Positions 9,070 to 17,560 of a DNA stretch of 64,000 bases are shown here, piece after piece. Made by a program: the position numbers and the translations under genes. The stretch's first letter is position 1. Every line of letters begins with the position of its first letter. The DNA lies in NCBI GenBank assembly GCA_963843575.1, contig CAWJKZ010000014.1, positions 480,001 to 544,000 on the forward strand. The letters run 5' to 3'. The DNA is from an uncultured Acidobacteriota bacterium. Lineage in GTDB: Bacteria; Acidobacteriota; UBA6911. The notes beneath the pieces were generated by a model. That model was not told the origin of the DNA, ran no database searches, and saw nothing but the letters and a program-made list of their open reading frames with translations.

Positions 9070-9519
9070 CTAAGGCAGCTTTCCCAGGACACGCCACAAC
9101 CAGCGGTGAACGTTGTGCGGAAAGGTGCGCGGTTCGGCGAACATCATGATGCATGCGCCCGAAATGACGCTCACCCCGTTGTCCCGGCAGTAGGCGATAG
9201 CGGCGGCAGATTCGGCTCCCTGCTGCATCCACACGCGCCGAATGCCCGCCGCTACCGCGTCCACCACCACCTTCTCGGTCTCGGCGGGGGGAACGACGAT
9301 CACGACGCCTCCGACGGGCGCGGGCAGGTTGCGCAGGCTGGGCCAGCAGCGCTCGCCCTCGATCTGCTCGGCGAGCGGATGCACGGGAAACACCCGGTAA
9401 CCTCGAGACCTCAGATCCCGCAGCACGGCATTCCCGAACTTCCTTCCGCCGCGCGAAGCCCCGACCACAGCGAGGGTGCTCTGCGACAGGAACTCAGAAA
9501 CCGATTCGCGAGAAGCCAT
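9070..9519 (-). CDS. CoA-binding protein (YccU-like)
   Basis: LAVVGAS...GYRVFPVHP...VVIVVPP...RVWMQQGAES...GACIMM. Confidence 0.88.
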   Translation of the reverse strand: MASRESVSEFLSQSTLAVVGASRGGRKFGNAVLRDLRSRGYRVFPVHPLAEQIEGERCWPSLRNLPAPVGGVVIVVPPAETEKVVVDAVAAGIRRVWMQQGAESAAAIAYCRDNGVSVISGACIMMFAEPRTFPHNVHRWLWRVLGKLP

Positions 9520-9976
9520 CTGCGGAGCCCTCCGGCTGGAGTGCAAATCCTACCATGCGGAATAGGGCCGCCACAGGTCCGCCCCGCTCGAGGCAGGAGT
9601 ATACTGGGCCGCCCAAACCCGGGGCCAAACGCGGAGAGAGGCCCAACGATTCCGGCTCCGAGCTCACCCAGACCAACCCGAGCATAGACATGCCCGGGCC
9701 GCTGGCGTACTCGAAGGACAGACGCGCGCGGCAAGGGATCTGACGACGGGAGAGGTTTCCCTGGGGAGTCGTGGAGCTTGCCGGTGCATGCCAGCCGCGA
9801 CCGAATCTGGGAGGGAGCGTCGGGGCCCGCTGACCCGACTTAGGCGGAGGCCGGCGGCGCGGCCGACTTGCGCTTGAGCAGCAGAACGACGCCTCCGATA
9901 ATCATGCCCACGATCGGCCCCGCCTGTTCGCGCAGCGATCCCAAGCCTCGCAGCTAATGCGCGACACCCTGAAAGG

Positions 9977-10384
9977 TCAACGCCGCTGGCGCCCGCCCGG
10001 CTTTCTCCCGGGCGACCTCGACGCCTTCCTGGCCGGCGTCTTCGGGCTGGGGCTGGCCGCCGCAACGCCCTGCGGCGCCGCAACGGTGATGGAGTCCTTG
10101 ACGGACAGCTCCGGGAATACGGCGCCGACCATCGAGACGGCCCGCGCCCGCAGCTCCTCGGAACCGAGCGTCCCCGACAGCGACACCTGCTTGTTCGCGG
10201 CATCGGTGTCGAAGCTCAGGCGCGCGAGTTCGGGATCCGAGTTCAGCTTTGCCCTGACCTGCGCCGCCAGTTCGGCATTCGTGATCCTGCCGGTGCCATC
10301 CGCCGATCCCGGGCCCGAGCCGCAACCGGCTGCGGCTCCGATAAACAGCAGTGCCAGCCCTGCCATGCCCACCGTTTTCATCAT
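9977..10384 (-). CDS. BON domain lipoprotein
   Basis: Lipobox AAGC after a hydrophobic stretch; LAAQVRAKL..DPEL...VSLSG...SVKDSITV BON pattern; basic tail. Confidence 0.7.
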   Translation of the reverse strand: MMKTVGMAGLALLFIGAAAGCGSGPGSADGTGRITNAELAAQVRAKLNSDPELARLSFDTDAANKQVSLSGTLGSEELRARAVSMVGAVFPELSVKDSITVAAPQGVAAASPSPKTPARKASRSPGRKPGGRQRR

Positions 10385-10541
10385 CGGATTCTTCCTGTTC
10401 TGGTCGAGAATTGAGGATCTGCCAAGATCATAACACCAGTTGCCGGCAGATGGTCTTGCGAACTGAGGTTATGCCCCGCAGAACTCAATTCTCAAGCCCC
10501 CCCGAATCGTGTACCATGACGCGTTCTCGAGGTCTTGGATC

Positions 10542-11645
10542 ATGGCGAAGGAGTTTGCGGCGGAGTCAGCTCCGCGAGGGTCTTGGGCTGGCCGCGCCCG
10601 GCAGGCGCTGAGCCGGCGCTATCGCCAGTACATGGAGCGAAGGGAGGAGATCCTGGCCTCCCGCGCTACCGACCGGGTCGTGCGCGAATTCGACTGGGGA
10701 CTGGAGTGGACCGCAGACTGGCCCTGCGCACGCGGGTGCTCGCCCGGTAACGGGGATCCGGGCCACTATCTCAAACAGCTGAACGCGGCTGCTGTCAGTG
10801 GAAGTGCCGAGTTTTTCGACTACCGCCCCCCTACGGACTTCCGCTGTGACGACAACTGGCTCCGCTTCACGTCCGCCGTGGCCACCCCCTGTCCGGAAAA
10901 CAACACCGTGCACGCGCAGTGGTTCCCGGCCCGCCGGCATCGTCGCCGCGCCGTGCTGGTGCTGCCGCACTGGAATGCGAAAGCCCACCAGCACGTGTCC
11001 CTCTGTCGCGTGCTCGGCGCGCTCGGGGTCTCGACCCTACGGCTCAGCCTCCCCTACCACGACCTGCGGATGCCCCCCGAGCTGCAACGCGCCGACTACG
11101 CGGTGTCGTCAAACGTGGGCCGAACCGTGGACGCCACGCGCCAGGCCGTCATCGATGCCCGGTCCTGCCTGGACTGGCTCGAAACGCAAGGTTATGAAAG
11201 GCTGGGAATCGTCGGCACCAGCCTCGGCTCCTGCTACGCTTTCCTGACGAGCGCGCACGACGCGCGGCTTCGCGCCAACGTCTATAACCTGTTCTCCCTC
11301 TATTTCGCCGATGTAGTGTGGACAGGCTTGACGACGCGCCACGTCCGTCAGAGCTTCGACGGCCACATCGAACTCCCGCAGCTGCGCGACGCCTGGGAGG
11401 CCATTACGCCCTGCAGTTACCTCCCCCGTTACGCAGAGTACGAAAAGAAATCGCTGTTCATCTACGGGAATTGCGACACGACCTTCCTGCCGACCTATTC
11501 CGAGGCGATGATCCAAAAGGCACGGCAGCACGGGATCCCTCACAAGGTCGTCGTCATGCCTTGCGGGCACTACACGCTGGGCGAGGCACCGTTCAAGTTC
11601 GTCGTCGGCTACCAGATCTCCGCTTTCCTCCTCCGATCGCTCTGA
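10542..11645 (+). CDS. alpha/beta hydrolase (ABHD18-like)
   Basis: GIVGTSLGS nucleophile elbow, VLPHWN, LSLPYH, candidate triad Asp (CDTTF) and His (CGHYT). Start uncertain (10509 or 10542). Confidence 0.8.
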   Translation: MAKEFAAESAPRGSWAGRARQALSRRYRQYMERREEILASRATDRVVREFDWGLEWTADWPCARGCSPGNGDPGHYLKQLNAAAVSGSAEFFDYRPPTDFRCDDNWLRFTSAVATPCPENNTVHAQWFPARRHRRRAVLVLPHWNAKAHQHVSLCRVLGALGVSTLRLSLPYHDLRMPPELQRADYAVSSNVGRTVDATRQAVIDARSCLDWLETQGYERLGIVGTSLGSCYAFLTSAHDARLRANVYNLFSLYFADVVWTGLTTRHVRQSFDGHIELPQLRDAWEAITPCSYLPRYAEYEKKSLFIYGNCDTTFLPTYSEAMIQKARQHGIPHKVVVMPCGHYTLGEAPFKFVVGYQISAFLLRSL

Positions 11646-11876
11646 CAGTCAAGGGCTGCGCCCTTGACTCGCCGCCGAGAACATCTGGAATAACAAAGTC
11701 CCGGTTATTAGTTAGTTAGCTTGCGGTCCCCGGCTGCCGACGGCCCCGCGATTCGGCCGAAAATCGAGTTTCGCGATAAAAACCTTCCACGATCCGGCGA
11801 TATCCCAGCTGGGCATGAAACTCTCTCTGTGCAGCGTCACTCTCGCTGCCATTCGGATATCACAGGAGGGAAACCG

Positions 11877-12170
11877 ATGAGAAACGAACGCCTGCCGTAC
11901 CCCACGAAGCCGCTGATCATAAACGGGGAAGAACTCGAGGAATACGTCATCCCCGAGGAGAAGAAGGCCGAGGTGCTGCGGCAACTCTACCTGTTCCGGC
12001 CCATCCCGTCTCTGGAGCAGGAGTTCCTGGATTTGCACTCGGGGAGGAGGTTCAAGGTGCGGCAGTTCCGGGTCACCCGCGAAAACGGGTTCAACTGGCT
12101 GGTGAGCCCCTATTACGAGGACGGGGGCGGCACCGTGATCGACTGGGTGCCCCCTGACCCCGACAACTAA
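11877..12170 (+). CDS. hypothetical protein (97 aa)
   Basis: Strong SD AGGAGG upstream of ATG 11877; coding-like codon usage; no family recognised. Confidence 0.7.
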   Translation: MRNERLPYPTKPLIINGEELEEYVIPEEKKAEVLRQLYLFRPIPSLEQEFLDLHSGRRFKVRQFRVTRENGFNWLVSPYYEDGGGTVIDWVPPDPDN

Positions 12171-12190
12171 GGGTCTGTCACAGACCCTAA
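12168..12190. repeat. 17-bp palindromic mini-element flanked by TAA (possible IS/MITE scar)
   Basis: TAA-GGGTCTGTCACAGACCC-TAA. Confidence 0.45.
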
Positions 12191-12265
12191 ATGGCGGGTG
12201 GGGCGGACAGCGGGACCGTACGACTTGCCCGGTGCGGGCCCCGGGCGCCTCATCCCTGCAACGGT

Positions 12266-13387
12266 CTACTGCTGCGTCATCTGCTTCGGGACCCACTTCT
12301 CCCAGCCGAAGGCGGCCATTATCACGCGGAACAGGTCCGCGTTCTCGATGAACCCGTGCAGCCGCTCGGCACCCGGGCCCTGGGCAGCAGCGAGCACCTG
12401 CTCGCCCGTGTGACCGTCGTCGACCCTGACGTTCGGCTTCGGTGGGTTGGCCGGGGGCGTGCCCGCGGCAGGTTCCGGCAGCAGGGGATCGCCCCTCTTG
12501 CCCCCGCGCAGCCGGATATCGAACGAGTGGTCGGCCGCAAAGAGGATGAGAGTATCGTTTTTAACTGTCTGGGCGGTCTTCCGTATCGTGTCGTCCAGCT
12601 CGATGGCCTGTTGGAGGCCCCTCTCAAGGTTGTCGGTGTGGGCATCCCACTCGACCATCAGGAAGTAGCCCTTTTTGTTCTGCGACAGGATCCGGATTGC
12701 CCGGCTCGTAGCCTCCCACACGTCGAAGTCCTTTGTGTTCGACAGGACGATGATGCGCTTGTCCTGATCGTTGACGCCGGCAAGCGAGTCGTAGAAGGCG
12801 TACCCTTTTTGGCGCGCCGAAGCCGCGACGTCGACACCGATCTTTGCCGTGGCCGCGAGCACGAGGTCGCGCCCGGACCCGATCAACACGTCGACACCGT
12901 CGCCAAACCGCGGCTTGAACACCTGAGCAAAAATCGGCCCGGAGGCGCTGCGGTCGTTGGAGTGGGCATAGCAGGCGGCAGTCGTCGCGTCGGTGATATT
13001 CATGTTCGAGAGGACGCCGGTCGAAAGGCCGCGCTCCTCGGCGTACTCCAGGATGGTCTTCAGGATCTCCCCGTCCTGCTTGCCGCGCTTCGCCCCGGCC
13101 GACTGCGAGATGACGCCGTTGTTTGTCTTCTGACCGGTGACGATAGCCGACATCCCCGCGGCGGAGTCTGTTACCCATACGTCTGCCGCCGAAGTATCGA
13201 CGAGTGCGATATGAGGCATCTGCTGGATATAGAGTTTCTGCGGGTGGTTGTAGCGGTAGATGCTCGCCGCATTCAGCGTCGGGATTCCCGCCGCGTCGCC
13301 GAGAAAGAGTATTACGTTCTTGGCCTGGCCGTTCGCCGCCTGGGTGGCGAAGACCATCAGGCCGAATAAAACGAAAATGCGCTTCAT
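12266..13387 (-). CDS. alkaline phosphatase (PhoA family)
   Basis: Signal peptide; KNVILFLGD, VTDSAA catalytic Ser, TDAT.A..YAH, GYFLMVE, ADHS, HTGEQV. Confidence 0.88.
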   Translation of the reverse strand: MKRIFVLFGLMVFATQAANGQAKNVILFLGDAAGIPTLNAASIYRYNHPQKLYIQQMPHIALVDTSAADVWVTDSAAGMSAIVTGQKTNNGVISQSAGAKRGKQDGEILKTILEYAEERGLSTGVLSNMNITDATTAACYAHSNDRSASGPIFAQVFKPRFGDGVDVLIGSGRDLVLAATAKIGVDVAASARQKGYAFYDSLAGVNDQDKRIIVLSNTKDFDVWEATSRAIRILSQNKKGYFLMVEWDAHTDNLERGLQQAIELDDTIRKTAQTVKNDTLILFAADHSFDIRLRGGKRGDPLLPEPAAGTPPANPPKPNVRVDDGHTGEQVLAAAQGPGAERLHGFIENADLFRVIMAAFGWEKWVPKQMTQQ

Positions 13388-13486
13388 AGTCGTTTTCCTA
13401 ATAGGATTGAATTGACGCCATTCCCTGTCGCTGGGGGAAGGCCACATACTAAGCTAACAACCGGCGTCGGGTACAGAGGTTTTGGA

Positions 13487-13640
13487 TTTGGAGTGCGACG
13501 GCTCGACGCCGCTTTCCTGGCGGCGCCTCGGCGCCGCCGCAGCCTGAGTTTGCAGTTCGCACCTCTGATTCAGTATGGCGTCGAGGCGCCGGGAGTTTCG
13601 GCCGCAGGGAGCAGCCAAAAGCGGCGCCGAGGCGCCGCAC
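13487..13640. repeat. REP-like inverted repeat pair (GGAGTGCG...CGCCGCTTT / AAAGCGGCG...CCGCAC family)
   Basis: TTTGGAGTGCGACGGCTCGACGCCGCTTT and AAAAGCGGCGCCGAGGCGCCGCAC; related copies at 20362-20400 and 25768-25790. Confidence 0.7.
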
Positions 13641-13722
13641 GTCGTTGGACGGCCTCTTCAGCCCGCCGCCCCGCGATAAATTGGTGTTAGAATGCCGCGC
13701 ATCGCTGCCAAAGGAGGCAATC

Positions 13723-14871
13723 ATGACGCGAAAGGCCCCTGGTTCGGGTAGACGCGGTTTCTTGCAGGGATTCCTTGTTGCTACCGGCTTCGCCGCCGCA
13801 CCCGGCGCGCGGGCACAGGCACAAACGAGCGGCGCCGCGGGAGGGCGAGCCGACTGGCTCCCCACCCACGCCAGGCTGCAGGCCTATCGTTCGCTGAAGC
13901 ACTCGAGCCACGACCCCACGGGCGGCAACCGCGATTTCTGGCCCATCAAGGGGGGAGGCACCCAGGAATTGTTCAACGAGCAGGGACCAGGAGCGATCAC
14001 ACACATCTGGTTTACCATCTCGGCGCAGAGCCCGACGCACCTCAAGGAACTCGTGCTGCGCGGCTACTGGGATGGCAACCCCAAACCCAGCGTCGAGGTG
14101 CCCGTCGGCGACTTTTTCGGGCTGAACCTCGGCGACTACGTGCTTTTTGAAAGCCAGTACCTGGCCTGTTCGCCGGGGAAATCCCTGAACTGCTACTTCG
14201 CGATGCCCTTTCGCAAGTCCGCCCGGTTCACGGTCACCAACGAGGGTTCCCGGGAAGTCGGGGCGTTCTATTCCAACATCGATTTTCTCAAAACCGACGC
14301 CCTCCCTGCCGAAGCGCTTTACTTCCATGCCCAGTACCGTCAAGCAGTCCCCAACCGCCCGGTACGGGACGCCGAGGGAAGGGACATCAACAACCCGGAC
14401 GGGCGGCAGAACTACGTGATCTGCGTAAGCCGCGGCCGCGGCCACCTGATGGGGGTGACCCTGGGGGTCGTGCAGAACGCCGAGGCTTGGATGGGCGAGG
14501 GCGACGACATGATCTTTGTCGACGATGAGGCCAAACCCGCGATCATCGGAACCGGCTCCGAAGACTACTTCCTCGGCAGCTGGAACTTCGGCGGGCGCGA
14601 CGGCGCTCACGCCTTCTCGCACCACCAGTACGGGGCGCCCCTGATCCAGAGCCCCGAGCGAACCGGCGGCCGGTATTGCTGCTATCGCTTCCACGGAGAC
14701 AACCCGGTCAGCTTCACCAGGTACCTGAAACACACGATCGAACACGGCCACGCGAACAACCGGGGCGACAACTTCTATTCCTGCGGCTACTGGTACCAGG
14801 ATCAGCCCTACACCGATTTTCCGGTGTTGCCGCCCGTGGCGGAACGACTCCCGATAGTGTCGCGCGCCTGA
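13723..14871 (+). CDS. Tat-exported DUF2961 / glycoside hydrolase family 172 protein
   Basis: SGRRGFL twin-arginine signal, AAGGAGG SD; GPGAITHIW, YWDG..KPSVEVPVGDFFG, NCYFAMPF, GEGDDM, GTGSEDYF, YRFH..PVSF, IEHGHAN. Confidence 0.88.
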   Translation: MTRKAPGSGRRGFLQGFLVATGFAAAPGARAQAQTSGAAGGRADWLPTHARLQAYRSLKHSSHDPTGGNRDFWPIKGGGTQELFNEQGPGAITHIWFTISAQSPTHLKELVLRGYWDGNPKPSVEVPVGDFFGLNLGDYVLFESQYLACSPGKSLNCYFAMPFRKSARFTVTNEGSREVGAFYSNIDFLKTDALPAEALYFHAQYRQAVPNRPVRDAEGRDINNPDGRQNYVICVSRGRGHLMGVTLGVVQNAEAWMGEGDDMIFVDDEAKPAIIGTGSEDYFLGSWNFGGRDGAHAFSHHQYGAPLIQSPERTGGRYCCYRFHGDNPVSFTRYLKHTIEHGHANNRGDNFYSCGYWYQDQPYTDFPVLPPVAERLPIVSRA

Positions 14872-15233
14872 TCTCCTGTCGTTCCGGAAGGCCCGGGGTG
14901 AAGATTCTTGCGGTATTTGCGCACCGCGGGTATCCTCGTACCCAGAGGATTAGGGTCGGGAAGTACTGACCGGTTTCTGTCGCGCAAGTCGAGATCCGCA
15001 TTCAAAGGCGCGAGGGTTGCAGCGTCGATCGTGGCTGGCTCGGGCTGCGTTTACGCGGTGCGGGCCAAAGCCAGTCACAGTTGTGTTCCCGGGTGCACTC
15101 GACCATCGCGACACAAACCAACCTGCAAGAACGGTGCTTCCGTTACGCGACCGAGTGGCGGCGGATTAAAAGGCGGACTTGTGCCATGTGTCCGCGACGG
15201 GCGGCGTCGACCGCGCGATGAAGGAGCGAACCA

Positions 15234-16040
15234 ATGGCTACGCGATGGAACCGTTTGGCTGTGCTGGTCCTCTTTGGGTTGGCGATAGCTGTCCATGCCG
15301 CAGCCCAGGAGGCCGATCTCACCGAAGAGCAGATGAAGGAATTCCTGCTCAAGGCCGACGTGATCAAGAGCAAGCACACGAGCAAGGGGGTGACGTCACC
15401 CTATCGACTGACCCTCAGCGATGGGAATATCACTCACGATGCAGCCTTTAAGTCGGTCGACGAGAGTAGATCGAAGATGCAGTTTGCCGACGGCAGAGTC
15501 GAGGTGAATTTCGTCGACTCCTACAAGTACGACCTGGCTGCCTACGAACTGGCCAAGCTACTGGGCCTTGGCCACATGATGCCCGTGACGGTCTTGCGCA
15601 AGTGGAACGGGAAGACGGGCGCGCTCGCGTGGTGGCTTCCCGTCGAAATGGACGAGGAGTCGCGCCTCCGCAACAAGGTGCAGCCTCCCGATCCGGATGC
15701 CTGGAACAAGCAGATGTACAGGATGCGGATCTTCACCGAGCTGGTGTACGACACGGACCGCAACCTCGGCAACGTGTTGATCGGCAAGGACTGGAAGCTC
15801 TATATGATCGACTTCACCCGGGCCTTCCGCCACTACTCGGACCTCCGCACGCCGCAGAATCTCCGGCGTTGCGACAAACAGCTCCTCGAGCAGCTCCGCA
15901 CCCTGAAGGCGGAGCAGCTCGCCGAGGTAACCAAAGGGCTTCTGAGCAAGGTCGAGGTGAGCGCCGTGATGAAGCGCCGGGACAAAATCGTGACGCTTTT
16001 CGAACAGTTGGCCCAGAAGTCGGCCGACGTCATCTACTGA
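15234..16040 (+). CDS. secreted atypical protein-kinase-fold protein (PI4K/HipA/Fam20-like motifs)
   Basis: Signal peptide (AVHA), AAFK, LAAYELAKLLGL..MPVTV, DTDRNLGN, IDFTRAF; AAGGAG SD. Confidence 0.7.
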   Translation: MATRWNRLAVLVLFGLAIAVHAAAQEADLTEEQMKEFLLKADVIKSKHTSKGVTSPYRLTLSDGNITHDAAFKSVDESRSKMQFADGRVEVNFVDSYKYDLAAYELAKLLGLGHMMPVTVLRKWNGKTGALAWWLPVEMDEESRLRNKVQPPDPDAWNKQMYRMRIFTELVYDTDRNLGNVLIGKDWKLYMIDFTRAFRHYSDLRTPQNLRRCDKQLLEQLRTLKAEQLAEVTKGLLSKVEVSAVMKRRDKIVTLFEQLAQKSADVIY

Positions 16041-16056
16041 AAAGAGAACCGGACGC

Positions 16057-16800
16057 ATGGAAAGCAAGCCAATGACGGCCTTGGGAGCTTCCGAGCTCGA
16101 GGCATTGAAGAGGATCTCCACGCCCACCATCTCGAACGCCATCGAGCTGTTCGAGGTCCGACCTCGCAACGCGGGATACCTGGGGCCGGATGTGCGCTGC
16201 ATGTTCCCCGGCCTCGGACGCCTGGTGGGATACGCCTCGACCGGGGTCATCACGGCCGATCTCCCTGCTGCGGCCCGGAAATTCAACCGCGCCGAGTATT
16301 GGGAGGCGACGGCCCGGATCCCCTTGCCTCGCGTCGCCGTCATTCAGGATCTCGACAGCCCCACGGGCACGGGGTCCTTCTGGGGGGAAGTTAACGCCAA
16401 CATCCACAGGGCGCTCGGCTTCGTCGGGGCGGTGACCAACGGCAGCGTGCGCGATACGGACGAGATGGAAGCTCTGGGGTTTCACGCCTTCGCCCGGGTG
16501 GTCTCGGTTTCCCACGCTTACGTTCACATGGTCGATTACGGGGGCGCCGTGCGCATCGGCGGTGCCGTCGTGTCCCCCGGCGACCTGCTTCATGGGGACG
16601 GACACGGCGTCGTCGTGATCCCACGTGAGATTGCGTCGTTTGTCGCCGAGGCCGCGGCTGAGGTCGATGCGGCCGAGCGGGAGTTGATCCGGTACTGCCG
16701 CTCGGCCGACTTCACCATCGAAGGGCTCAGGCAGGCCGACAGCCGCATGGCGTCGCGCTTTCTGGAACTCGCCGGGGCGCGCCGCCGCACGCCCTCATAG
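16057..16800 (+). CDS. RraA / HMG aldolase family protein
   Basis: STPTISNAIE, LVGYA.T, FWGEVN, GAVTNGSVRD, VSPGDLLHGDGHGVVVIP. Confidence 0.85.
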   Translation: MESKPMTALGASELEALKRISTPTISNAIELFEVRPRNAGYLGPDVRCMFPGLGRLVGYASTGVITADLPAAARKFNRAEYWEATARIPLPRVAVIQDLDSPTGTGSFWGEVNANIHRALGFVGAVTNGSVRDTDEMEALGFHAFARVVSVSHAYVHMVDYGGAVRIGGAVVSPGDLLHGDGHGVVVIPREIASFVAEAAAEVDAAERELIRYCRSADFTIEGLRQADSRMASRFLELAGARRRTPS

Positions 16801-16838
16801 GCCGGCCGGTCGCGCCGAGCCTGGAATCGAGCCCTGGG

Positions 16839-17459
16839 TCAGGGCGCCGAAGCGGGGGGCGGCGCCTGCTGCCGCTGCCTCTTCTCGAGGGCCTCCTTGT
16901 CGGAGAGGTGGAGGTCGAACTGCACGACGACCATGTCCTCGATGGGGTTGAGGCGCGACGTGTAGATCATCCCGAAGTCTTTCCTGTTGAGCTTCATCTC
17001 GCCTCGGAAACGCGCGTCTTCGTCGCGCACGAACACGGCCCGGACCGGGACCTGGATGCTCCGGGTTACCCCGCGCATGGTAAGGTCCCCGGTCATGGTG
17101 AAGTTGGCCTCGTCGACACGGGAGATCCCGGTGGAAACGAACGTCACCTGTGGATACTTGGCGACGTCGAAGAAATCGGGGCTGCGCAGGTGGTTGTCGC
17201 GCCGCTCCACGCGCGTGTTCAGGCTGGCCGCCTCAATGGTCAACCGGATGCTCGAGTCCTCCAGTTTGCCGGGATCGATCTGGAAATCGCCGTCCCACCG
17301 TTCAAAAAAGCCGTGCGCCGAAACGAACAGCGAATCGCCGACGAAGTTGATCTGACAGTGATTCCGGTCGGGCAGGAACGTCCGGCGCTCTGCGCGACCC
17401 GGGAGGGGCGAGAGGACCAGGGCAAGGACAAACAAATGCATCCGCAGTGAAAGAAACAT
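16839..17459 (-). CDS. YceI family polyisoprenoid-binding protein
   Basis: Signal peptide; AASLNT...RDNHLRSPDFFDVAKYPQVTFVST, GDLTMRGVT, LNRKDFG. Confidence 0.9.
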   Translation of the reverse strand: MFLSLRMHLFVLALVLSPLPGRAERRTFLPDRNHCQINFVGDSLFVSAHGFFERWDGDFQIDPGKLEDSSIRLTIEAASLNTRVERRDNHLRSPDFFDVAKYPQVTFVSTGISRVDEANFTMTGDLTMRGVTRSIQVPVRAVFVRDEDARFRGEMKLNRKDFGMIYTSRLNPIEDMVVVQFDLHLSDKEALEKRQRQQAPPPASAP

Positions 17460-17560
17460 GCACAACCCCCGTTTTGGTCTGAGCTGCAATTGATCCCGAA
17501 CCCGATAGGAGTATTGTGCCTTGCGGGGCATCGGGGTTCAAGGGGGGCTCAGGCTGCGAC

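Noticed and set aside
9560-9840. Long intergenic region considered as tmRNA or another ncRNA
   Set aside because: No tRNA-like ends (GGGG...TTCGA...CCACCA) and no tag-peptide frame found.
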